From positions 62,001 to 126,000 of IMG/VR virus record IMGVR_UViG_3300040801_002079: a stretch of 64,000 nt of DNA; one strand, written 5' to 3'. Both the position numbers and the translations under genes were made by a program. Each line of letters begins with the position of its first letter. Position 1 is the stretch's first letter. Positions 33,292 through 43,372 of this stretch are shown here, piece by piece. The notes below the pieces were generated by a model, which ran no database searches, was not told the origin of the DNA, and saw only the letters and a list, made by a program, of their open reading frames with translations.

Positions 33292-33453
33292 TGGTGGTCA
33301 GGTAGGCTTCGAACCCTACATAGGACAATGTTGTCAAACGGTCTTGTGTTTCTGTTTCGGACGCATCCTACTACAGAAAGCTTTTCCTGTTTTCCTGTGA
33401 ATGTACCGGGGCATATCTTTGGGCAAATGATACATTCATTAAACTACTGACCA
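33292..33453 (-). ncRNA. tRNA-mimic RNA (acceptor and T arm with about 115 nt of unrelated internal structure)
   Basis: UGGUCAG-UAG start, GUAGG-GUUCGAAG-CCUAC-CUGACCA-CCA end; internal GAAUGUAUC/GGUACAUUC and UUUCUGU/ACAGAAA stems. Confidence 0.65.
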
Positions 33454-35121
33454 CTCCGATTCATGTACTATGTGGAAATCAATTGGCAAAATGCCTAGCA
33501 CATGAACCCAACGTTCTGGTGATGCTCCCCCGCCCTGTGCATGGGGTTAAAAAGGGAGCACCACACTCCATTCAATCAACTCGGGTGACAAACACCTCAC
33601 CGTCCTTGATAAAGGACATTATAGCATACTGGTACATATATGCAACCTCTCCATCACGTTCCCACTTCACAAGCGGAAACAGATCGGGGTCTTCAGGGTA
33701 ACGGTAGACACCATTGGCATCAACTTCACCACCCTTCATTTCAAACAAACCGAATCCATAGTTGTCATCAACCTGCTTCTGAAATGAATCTTCAGTCGTG
33801 ACATCAATCCAGTACGGAATCAATCCACATGCGTCCACCAGATACTCAGGTTCAACGTCACTGAAATGATCAGTCGGGTCAACCTCAAACCGATGCTGGG
33901 GATGAATAGACATAGTTGACATACTGTGTACTCCGTGTTTGTTTAACGATGAAACAATGTTACCACAGTGAAATCAGGATTGCAACCCTGCGGCACGTTT
34001 ATACAGATTGTACCCTGCTTTGTGATCGTTTGCATCACCATCACTTGACCATGTAAAATCATCATTAACCGCTTCCAATGCAAACAGGGTAGCGACCACG
34101 ATTTCATCATAGGGTCTACGGGCAGTCTTACAGAATTCTCCTCTGGCACCATCCCGGTAAACCACGAAGGTTTCATAACCATCGTCATCGACACCGTTGA
34201 AGCGAATCCTGTCTCCATCAATCATCGGAGGTTTGGGAACATCATATTCAAACTGTACCGGGACGCTTGAAGCATTGATGATCTTACCAGCAAGCTCAGT
34301 AGCTTTCTTCCACTGCTCGGGGGTAAACCCACGGTGACTCCAATAATGCGTGTAACCCATGTTAGTGCTCCTGTGTGTAATGAGAGAGGTCAGTATACTC
34401 CACTTCACGGGAAAATACAACCGCAATCAGTTCATCCAGATAACGAATATGCTTAATGAACCATGCAACATCCGATTCATTACCGGCTTGCTTATGTTCA
34501 ATAAGTCGTTCGACACAATGCATTTGATCCCTTCGTAAAACTCTCCAGAGATTCTCGGTATCAGTAGCATCCAGTTCGAATTCAAATTTCATCCAAACTA
34601 TCCGTATATGAATTAACGATAATAGCGATAATTTCTAAATGCATGTCAACCATCCATGGCTCAGGGGCATCTTTTATTTCTTCACCTACCGGCTCAACGA
34701 AGATATTACATCCATCAGTGAATTCAATAAAGAGATTAAGGTCTGATTCCATTTCAACTGTCTTAATCGTTTTACCTATCAAGTGCTGAAGGTCTGATTC
34801 GTGTGTTACTATTTTATGCATGGTTATATACCCATTTAGTTACAAGTTACTATCGAACCGTCCGTATTATACTTCACAGACGCACCAGAGGTGAACTGGA
34901 GGTACTGAACACCGTCTACACAGATTTCACTGTACCCTGTAAACTTGGCACCAACCCGTTCCATCTGACCACAACCGGACATTGCTACAGCAACAATGAT
35001 AATAGACGGTAGGAACATGAGCACCGGGAGGATACGACTAATGTATTTGTTTTCTTCTTGCATGACATTCTCCATTCAAATGTTGCGACATTATAACATG
35101 GAAAAAAGTTAGGGTAAAGGC

Positions 35122-35308
35122 TTGACAATGCTGGCAGCATTTGGTATTATACTAACCATCAAAGGAAGTTGAAGCAGACGCACCCAACAACCAACATATA
35201 TGTCTGCGAAGTAACCTACGAAGCACTGCGGTTGTCGAAGTCTATCTTTTTTATATAAAAGGAAACATCCGCTACTATAAGTATATCATAATAGCGGATG
35301 CATTGCAA
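35122..35308. ncRNA. Convergent-promoter small RNA module, copy 2
   Basis: TTGACA-17-TATTAT (+) faces TTGCAA-17-TATACT (-); GCAGAC/GTCTGC stem with a CCCAACAACCAACA loop. Confidence 0.55.
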
Positions 35309-35317
35309 GTGATGTGT

Positions 35318-35527
35318 TTAACTGCCCCGATTGACAGTATGTGAAATATCCAATAGCTGATCAATGAAGTTCTTTACGACATCTTTATCCAATCCGGATT
35401 TTTTAATGTCCATCGCAAGCTGTTTGCATTTCCCAGCAACAACTGATCCCAAATCCTCACCTTCGGTTATAACCTCATCATTAGATTCAACCAACAGATC
35501 ATTCCATTTGTCTTCCCAGTTTTTCAT
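35318..35527 (-). CDS. Small late protein with LVES/ITEG putative protease-cleavage motifs
   Basis: GATAAATA at about 35550 and a GGAG RBS upstream. Confidence 0.6.
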   Translation of the reverse strand: MKNWEDKWNDLLVESNDEVITEGEDLGSVVAGKCKQLAMDIKKSGLDKDVVKNFIDQLLDISHTVNRGS

Positions 35528-35559
35528 AACATTCTCCAGTGTTTACATTATTTATCAAA

Positions 35560-37400
35560 TTGCTTGACTTGATAACATCGTTTTGGTATAATGTACTTAA
35601 TGGAGATACATGAGAGACGGTAGGGGGGAGGGTGGACGATTATATTATAAATTCCTAATTTAGTACTAATTGATATTCCTCAAGGGGGTTGACACTTGAT
35701 CCCCAATTTGATACAGTATACCCATCATCATCATTCTAGCTGACGCTGGAAGGGTGGTGTTCGCCCTCATGAAAGTTTGTTGTATAAATACAACAGACTA
35801 CAGGAGAGTGTTGCTTATGTACAACATTGTGGTAAAAAAACAACAGAACCAAACTTCTGTTGTATCCCCGCAACATAGGTGTACTACTACACTACAACAC
35901 CACCGGGGTACGACACCCCACCAGACCCCGAAACGGAAAAGCCAATGGCAATTCCCAATGGGGTTTTAAAATCCCAATGACAATTTCCAATAGACATTCA
36001 CAATAGAAAAAATAGACATTTTTGCATATAGTCAAAACGGTCAAATTTGATATATACTTATAACATGCGCGGTTTTTGAAAACGGAATTAAAAGTGGGAC
36101 TTCCCTGTCCCTTTGGGCCTCGAACTTCCCTTTCAAGAATTACTCAACTGAACTTGGGTCGGAGGAATATAAAAGGTAACATTCCTCACGAATTAACCTT
36201 TCTCCTCCGGTAGCATAAAGAACCATTCCATCTGGTCCCATATTAACACCCGATATAACATGAAAACGAACCTGACCATTTTCTCCAATGGTTGCAACTG
36301 TATCATTCATCTGAGGAGTCAGTTCACTCTCTTCAGTGCACGGTCCATATAATTCTATTTCTAGTCTTCTGTTCATAAACGTATTTAGCTCCCTTTTCAA
36401 AAGTTGTATTTTTACCTGTTAACGGTTTTTTACAATGCTCATACTGTTTTAATTATACTATTATTTAGAATGCCAAAAACAATTAGGGTTTTCAAAACCA
36501 AAACCGAAATATCGTTTAGGGGTTTTGAAATGAAAACCGAAATATCGTTTGGAATATTGTCTAATATTCTGCTTCAGTATACTTGCAACAGTTTGAGCAT
36601 TGTGTTATAATACACTCTGTTAAACAACATAGGAAAGTACAATGCCACAAGACTTAATGACATGGGTTGCTGGATTCTCTGTTGCAGGGTTCATCTACCT
36701 TCTCTACCGTAACTGGATAATGTCCCACGCTATTCAAACCTTGTGGGAAACGTTCAAATCGGAAACTGAACGCATGGAGTCTGATCATCATCTTGAAAAA
36801 GCACTTAACGATACTCTGATTGGTAGTTTTATTGAAACGATTGAGAGGTTCGATGAGCGTTTGAACATTATTGAAAAGGGTATGGACATTGTAGAAGAAC
36901 AATCAGGAGAAACTAATGAATGACCTTAAGGCATTAGGGACTATTATATCTTTGGGTGGAGCTTTCTTACTCCATGATATGCCATGGAATCATTTTGTAG
37001 GTATAATACTAATGGTTATAGGATTCTTTTTCTGGATGAGGGAATTAGATTAGATTAGAAAAAACTAATATATTAATCCCGTAGGGGTAAAGTAAACTAA
37101 GTCTTTGATTTAGTTGAAGATTAAGTTTTTGCCTATTTGTAGGAAAAACAATTTGGGCATTGATCGCGCCCTATGGTAAAACCGATTTATATGCATTCTC
37201 CCCACAAAAATACCACAATGTCCCAACTTTCCCCACAAATTGCCCCGTTATTGACCTTTTCTATTCTGTTGAAAGCCTTGATCTATAGCCATTTTCTTCT
37301 ATTTATATCAGAATGATATCACAATGATATCACAATGCCATCAAAGTGGGTTTTTCGGGGTAATTTTCTGTTCACATAATTGATCTATCCCCCTTCCTGT
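35560..37400. other. Putative replication origin / strand-divergence region
   Basis: Gene orientation switches divergently here; four TGTTG-N8-CAACA boxes, CCAAT repeats, tandem AAAACCGAAATATCGTTT repeats, a G-run after the promoter at 35564, AT-rich stretches. Confidence 0.5.
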
Positions 37401-38059
37401 GTTATAATGTTACCACTTTAACACTTAGAGTACTAAAAATGTATAGCGACGAAGAACTGATTGAGCGAATACTAAACCATGAGTTTCCACCGTATCCATT
37501 TGATGACAAGTACGTTAACGTATCTGAAAAGAAATTAAAAGAGTTCATTGAACCCTATCTACTGCTGAGGATATATTACGATAACTTACTTGATGAATTG
37601 AAGCAACTGGAAAGTGAAAATTCTATTCCCGTATCAACCATTAAGAGGCTTATAAATTGCTATGAATACTAGAAAGCGTGAACGTGAACCGTTTAGAAAT
37701 CTGGACCCCCAAGCATTCTTTGAGGACTGTGGAAGGCCATTGGATCGTCAACGAGAACTTAAAGTAATAAACAAAAGAGTGCGGTGGTTACAGAATGAAA
37801 TGGAAAACCATGGCTATGAACCTACAAAGCGAGATATTGAATGCATGGCTGAGAACTTTGTAGAGGTTCTTGATATGATTGCCCACATGGAGATGGGCCT
37901 GATTGATATCTACAGACTTACCTTCCCTGCTTATAGTCCACACCATTATGGATGTGAAGTTGGTCCTAATGGAAGATACCGTGACAATGAAATAATTGAT
38001 GCCATGGTGGGTATTGGTAGAATTCTGGAATTGATTGCACCCTACGAACGGAGAAACTT

Positions 38060-39097
38060 ATGGTAGAAGAAGCCTACGTCTATCTGTGGAGAGATTCTGT
38101 AAACAAGAAATTCTATCTTGGGTATCATAAAGGATCACCTGATGATAACTATGCCCATTCATCATCGGTTATGGAATCCTTTAAAATGAATTCTGTCCCT
38201 AATGGGTATAAACGTAGAATACTTGCGTTTGGATCAAGGGAAGAGATGTTAGCACTTGAGGAAACTCTGCTTAAGAATAGAAAGGAACGAGGTCGGTGGC
38301 ATAAGTATCATAATATGAAGACATGCTCATTTCCTTATCTCTGGGATGATCCTGAGTATCGTGAGAAGATGAAAGCGTTATGGGATGATCCTGAGTTTTA
38401 TAAGATGAGGTCTGAAGAAACATCCGCTAGACTTAAAGAAATGTGGAAGGACCCTGAGTATCAGAAAATGCAGTCGGAACTGATGTCAGCTAGAAATAAA
38501 GAGTGGTGGGATGACCCTGAGTATCGTGAGAAGATGGCAAAAATGATGTCGATTCGAAGCAAGGAGTGGTGGAATGACCCTGAGTATCGTGAGAAGATAT
38601 GTGCCGCATTGAAAGCGGCATGGGATGATCCTGAGTATCGTGAGAAAATGGCTGAGATTATGTCAGTTCGTGTTAAAGAACTATGGAAAGACCCTGAATA
38701 TCGTGAGAAGATGGCTGAGATTATGTCAGTTCGAAGCAAGGAGTGGTGGAATGACCCTGAGTACAGACAGATGAAATCTGAAAGTATGTCGATCCTACAC
38801 AAAGAACTATGGAAAGACCCTGAATATCAGAAGAAAATGTCTAAGAAGCGAAAGGCTATGTGGAAAAACCCCGAGTATCTAAAAAAACAAGCTGAAAATA
38901 TGGCAGTTCGAAGTAAAGAACTATGGAAAGACCCTGAATATCGTGAGAATATTTCTAAAAAAATGAAAAAAAAATGGGAAGACCCTGAGTATCGTAAAAA
39001 GATGCGGGCTATTTGTACGGTGTGCGGGCACGAATCTCAAAAATCAGTAATAACACGATACCATAACGATAACTGTAAGTTTAAGAACAAACAATAA
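38060..39097 (+). CDS. GIY-YIG (Seg-like) endonuclease with 12 tandem W.DPEY repeats
   Basis: YVYLW......KFYLGYH.G...D.Y..SS N-terminal domain; repeat array; C-terminal CTVCG...RYHNDNCK. Confidence 0.85.
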   Translation: MVEEAYVYLWRDSVNKKFYLGYHKGSPDDNYAHSSSVMESFKMNSVPNGYKRRILAFGSREEMLALEETLLKNRKERGRWHKYHNMKTCSFPYLWDDPEYREKMKALWDDPEFYKMRSEETSARLKEMWKDPEYQKMQSELMSARNKEWWDDPEYREKMAKMMSIRSKEWWNDPEYREKICAALKAAWDDPEYREKMAEIMSVRVKELWKDPEYREKMAEIMSVRSKEWWNDPEYRQMKSESMSILHKELWKDPEYQKKMSKKRKAMWKNPEYLKKQAENMAVRSKELWKDPEYRENISKKMKKKWEDPEYRKKMRAICTVCGHESQKSVITRYHNDNCKFKNKQ

Positions 39098-39298
39098 ATA
39101 CATGTATGAACGATTGTGTAACATATGATGATTTGTTTCGAATATTGCAGTGGGTTGTGGTAATTATCACAATCATGTTTATAGCATATACCGGTCAATT
39201 AAAAAAACTTACTTCCAACTCATGGGTAAAACCCATTATCATTGGTGTCATCATCATTGTTCTTTCCGAGGTCATCATACGAGCAGTGGGGGCATGAT

Positions 39299-39727
39299 AT
39301 GAAACTCAAACATCTTTTTGAATCACACGAAGCTCTTGAATTTGTCACACCCCATGAAGAACGGGATGACATGTATGAGTTAATGGATCAGGCCGAGAAG
39401 CTTGTGCATGAGCGGGGGCTTCGTATGCTTCGTAACGATGAAATCAGTGAGGTAGTGGTTCACGGTGATAAAGTAGTGGGGGTTCTGTACAATGGACACT
39501 ATGACAATGAATTAACTTCTTCTATAGCTGTTGATCCATCTTATGAAGGCCGAGGGCTGGCTAAAGAATTATTTTCCCGTATTCCTTTTGATCAATATGA
39601 GCCACTTGTGAATACTCATGTCTGTGAAGTTCTTCCACCTTATACCATGGAAAAATTTCTGGTCCGTAATGGATATGAACACACTGAAACGGATCGGGAT
39701 ATCAAAATCTATAAAAAGGAAATTTAA
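39299..39727 (+). CDS. GNAT acetyltransferase with N-terminal MKLKHLFE tag
   Basis: IAVDPSYEGRGLAKEL acetyl-CoA motif; FL..NGY. Confidence 0.82.
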   Translation: MKLKHLFESHEALEFVTPHEERDDMYELMDQAEKLVHERGLRMLRNDEISEVVVHGDKVVGVLYNGHYDNELTSSIAVDPSYEGRGLAKELFSRIPFDQYEPLVNTHVCEVLPPYTMEKFLVRNGYEHTETDRDIKIYKKEI

Positions 39728-39729
39728 AC

Positions 39730-40095
39730 TTGAAACTCAAAGAACTGATAACCGAAGGATTCAAACAAAAAAACGGAATGTTTCTTGGCTACCGTGTGGT
39801 CAATCTTACGGATGATGGACGCATACAATCCCAAGCGGATAAAAGAGTTCACCTTCCATTGAAATTAAATGCAGTGCATCATGTTCCAAACGGGGGTTAC
39901 TGGGTGACCAACGATCCTCAATATGCACTCGACTATTACAGCAACGGTAGCTGGGAAGAGGATGAACCTCGACAGGCATTACTCACTTATGGATTTACCA
40001 AGGACAATGTTCAATCCGGTGACATGGATGATATTGAACCTGAGTTGAGTATCAATGGTGCGGTTCTGTTGAATGCAAAGGAACTACCGCTGTAA
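39730..40095 (+). CDS. Hypothetical late protein with MKLKELITE tag (possible ADP-ribosyltransferase-like fold)
   Basis: TTG start; YR...G.WVT.D..YA..Y...EPE pattern is only weakly ART-like. Confidence 0.5.
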   Translation: MKLKELITEGFKQKNGMFLGYRVVNLTDDGRIQSQADKRVHLPLKLNAVHHVPNGGYWVTNDPQYALDYYSNGSWEEDEPRQALLTYGFTKDNVQSGDMDDIEPELSINGAVLLNAKELPL

Positions 40096-41710
40096 CCTGC
40101 CTTCACGCCCCTTCTCCATATCACACATAGGACATTCGGTGTTTACATCATCAGTTTGGAACACAGACTTGCCTACACCATTACCAGCAGAGAAAATGTT
40201 TAATCTTCCTGCCTTGATACCACCATCACATTTTTCATCGTCAATAATCTTTACGATAACGGGAACTCCGGGTTCTAGCATTCTTAATCTAAACATCTTC
40301 TTCCTCATTTAATTTTACCAGTACGTATCCAGTTCTTTCTCAGTGAGAGTAATCTTCTTGGCGTTATCAAAGATACACAGAAATTTATTACCATCAACCT
40401 GAGTGTCACAACAGATCATTGTATAACCATTCGCTTCATAAACGTATTTGTTAAGAAACCGTTGACGGTAAATGGAGTTGCTGTAGTATTCGCCACCTGA
40501 TGCATCACGAAGATGCTCCTCTTTTTCAGCAAATAAAACGTCATCATCCCCCTCTTGATAAACCCAATAATAATCACGGTTATCTTCTAGAGGAATAACC
40601 ACCCAATTTTCCACGTAGCCAAAGGCATCATGGATTTTCTGTTTAATGCTGAAATAGTCATCAATCAGTTGTTTCATTTTAACTCATTAGCTCCATGCAA
40701 AAGTAAGTAAAAGCCTTTTCTGCTTCCTCTTCAGTATCGAATGCAAATATTTTTTTGATATCGTCACCGAATACAGTTATCTCATTATTGATAATACTAG
40801 CACGGTTAATGGCATCCTTTTTAATCACCCAATTCTTTAATCTTACAAAATCAGTCATTGTTTATTTCCTCATCTTAAATACTTCAAATACGCCTTTCCA
40901 TGCATCAAACCGCTTAATAATGTTTCCCAGCATTTCAAGTTCATAAGATGATGCATCATCTATAAATTCTCTAATTTCCTTACGATTCCATTCATCTATT
41001 GCTGCTTGCTGTTCACGTTCTACTGCGTCATAACAATCGTCATAATGTCCCATGGTTTATTGCTCCATTTTCTCAAGGTGTTTTTCATACTCTTCTCTGT
41101 GTTCTGGATGTACTTCCAGATAACGCTCCATCAGTTCTCTTTGACGAATCCTGTCTTCCTCAACGTCCTTTCCTTTGATTCTTCCCCCACAAGAAGGACA
41201 GTACCTATAAGGGGATGATGGAAGGTTTTTCATGTAGCCACATTCTGCAAGCCAATGTTGATTGGGTATTAATTTGTATTCGCAAGTCCTATTGGCTTTG
41301 GTTTCAAGACGCTCAATTTCATTTGCGGCCCAATCGGGATCACGCTTGCATCTCATGAACAAGTAGTTAGTCATTAATGTCTCCTTGTGAAAGTATTATA
41401 ACCCAATTGCGTTCTACATGCAACCTCATTCTATTCATTACCGCTTGGTAATAAATATTATTATTCAATGGGAGAAGTATAATGAAAGAACTTATTTTTG
41501 GAACAGTAACGGTGCATACTCGTGATCCCGGCTTTCAATATGTGTTGGAAACGGAAGATGGCGAATACAAAGAACTTTTGTTTTTTGATCATGGTGGTAT
41601 GAGTGTGGTTGACATGCCATACAATAGACCCATCGGTGTCTATGTCAGAAAATATGATGAAGAAAAATATGAAGTCGCAGAAGAACTAGAACAATGGTGG
41701 GTGGAAGATC

Positions 41711-43372
41711 ATGGATAAGAAAAAATTACATATCGGTGTTTATAGAAAATTAGGTACCAGTGCGACTGATGATGAACTAGAAGATGCTGTTGGATTTATT
41801 TCAAAATACTCGCTGGAACTCCAGCGGTTTTATCGTTTCTATGCAGAAAATATCTTTGATGTAAAAACGAAGCCGTTTGCCTATAAATCTAATACGAATA
41901 CTTCCCCTACTGCTGGTTATGGTGGAAGAGATCGAAGAGAAGTTGATAAGGGAGACTTCGAAGAAACTCACGCCGCTGTTTATGGTGGAGCACCCCCAGA
42001 CGGTAGACACATTTGTGGACAAGGTGGTTTGGGTGGTACTTCTTCGGTTACTTACGAAGGCTGTTTGCCAAGAACAATGATCCATGAAGTTGGACATAAT
42101 CTGACTCTTCATCACGCAAATGATGGATTCCCCGACAAGTTGGAAAGTTACGAATACAAAGATGAAACTTCTGTCATGGGTTCAAATGGCAACAACCCCG
42201 GTTTGAATGCCCCCGATATGATCTTTTTGGGCGTAACAACAGATCGTGAAATTCGAAACGTAACCCAGACTGAGCAAGTGATTCTTCGTCCTACTGAACT
42301 TCCTGAAAGTGGATTGAAGAATGGTGAATACAAGTATGCTGTAATTGAAAAGGGTGAGAACAAATATGTTGTATCGATCCGAAAGAAGAAGGGTATTCAT
42401 TGGCACGTAGGTCGTGCGGGTGGACATGATCACATGAAAAACAATTATGTTTATGTTCATCGTATGGAGCCGATGGACCATAAACGATCCGCTTTGATCA
42501 ACCCCATGATTCAAGCGGGAGAGCAAATGGATTTGTTGGGGGATATTCGCGTTGAAGCAGTTGAGTATCAAGATGAAGCAGCAAGAGTCAATATCTATTA
42601 TAATCTTGATGACGAAACCCCCTCCGATTTAATAATTGATCAATCCCTTCCCAAAAGAGAGAATACGCTAGAACTGAATGAAGCATTCAACGGCATTTGG
42701 TATAATTCCAATATGGTCGGGCAAGGCATTGATTTACATATAAAAAATGATCGTCAAGTAATGTATTGGTATACATTTGGCATGGATAGTAATATGCCAC
42801 CCACCTTTATCTATTCAGATGAAGAAGGTAATCTGTATCGAACCGAATTTGGTTATTTTGATGATCCTACAGTAGCGCGAAATATTCATATCGGAACCTA
42901 TTCAATCGAAGCGCTTGCTCCAAATCGAATCGTCTTTGATTATGACACGACTGATTATGGGCGCGGTTCAATTATGATGAAGCCAATTCTTACGAATCAA
43001 GATGAAAGATCAGGCATTTTATACCCAGAAGGTAAAGAGAAATCAGGGTTTTCTGTTCAATTTCATAACGACACCTGTGTTATGTACTGGTATACCTATG
43101 GACAATCACGGACTAATTTTATGGGTGGGCAAATTCGCAACAATCAGCAATGGTTCTTATGTCAAGGTGAAAGAAAGGAAGATGGGACATATGATTTAAC
43201 GATTTATAATTCACCAGAAAATGTTCTGTTTTGTGAGCGTGTATATGAAAATGAATTAAGTGATCTGGAAGTTCTTGGTACAGCAAACTACAATCCAGAA
43301 ACAAATGAATTTACATATAATTTAGAAAGATACAATAAGGCTGGCTCATACAATTTAGTGCGTTTACTATAG
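41711..43372 (+). CDS. Metzincin-type metallopeptidase (M11-like) with two C-terminal beta-repeat domains
   Basis: HEVGHNLTLHHA, EY.D..SVMG Met-turn; G.WY....GQG...YWYT(F/Y) module present twice. Confidence 0.8.
   Translation: MDKKKLHIGVYRKLGTSATDDELEDAVGFISKYSLELQRFYRFYAENIFDVKTKPFAYKSNTNTSPTAGYGGRDRREVDKGDFEETHAAVYGGAPPDGRHICGQGGLGGTSSVTYEGCLPRTMIHEVGHNLTLHHANDGFPDKLESYEYKDETSVMGSNGNNPGLNAPDMIFLGVTTDREIRNVTQTEQVILRPTELPESGLKNGEYKYAVIEKGENKYVVSIRKKKGIHWHVGRAGGHDHMKNNYVYVHRMEPMDHKRSALINPMIQAGEQMDLLGDIRVEAVEYQDEAARVNIYYNLDDETPSDLIIDQSLPKRENTLELNEAFNGIWYNSNMVGQGIDLHIKNDRQVMYWYTFGMDSNMPPTFIYSDEEGNLYRTEFGYFDDPTVARNIHIGTYSIEALAPNRIVFDYDTTDYGRGSIMMKPILTNQDERSGILYPEGKEKSGFSVQFHNDTCVMYWYTYGQSRTNFMGGQIRNNQQWFLCQGERKEDGTYDLTIYNSPENVLFCERVYENELSDLEVLGTANYNPETNEFTYNLERYNKAGSYNLVRLL

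Larger units (their letters stand above)
1133..33940 (-). promoter_or_regulatory. Dispersed early promoter/leader module TGnTATAAT...CCACGGAG-N5-8-ATG (more than 20 copies)
   Basis: CTCCGTG(G) on + at about 1133, 3387, 5380, 8265, 9520, 10138, 11126, 11700, 12683, 13085, 15875, 16128, 16747, 18743, 20506, 22496, 23696, 25040, 33274 and 33931, plus variants; nearly all lie between a -10 box and an ATG. Confidence 0.85.

Noticed and set aside
33292-33453. tmRNA or intron-containing tRNA
   Set aside because: Too short for tmRNA, no tag ORF, no group I P/Q/R/S elements, and no anticodon stem halves
38330-39005. Regularly spaced DNA repeats that resemble a CRISPR array
   Set aside because: Units are multiples of 3, in frame and vary at synonymous sites; the spacers resemble each other; no cas genes are present
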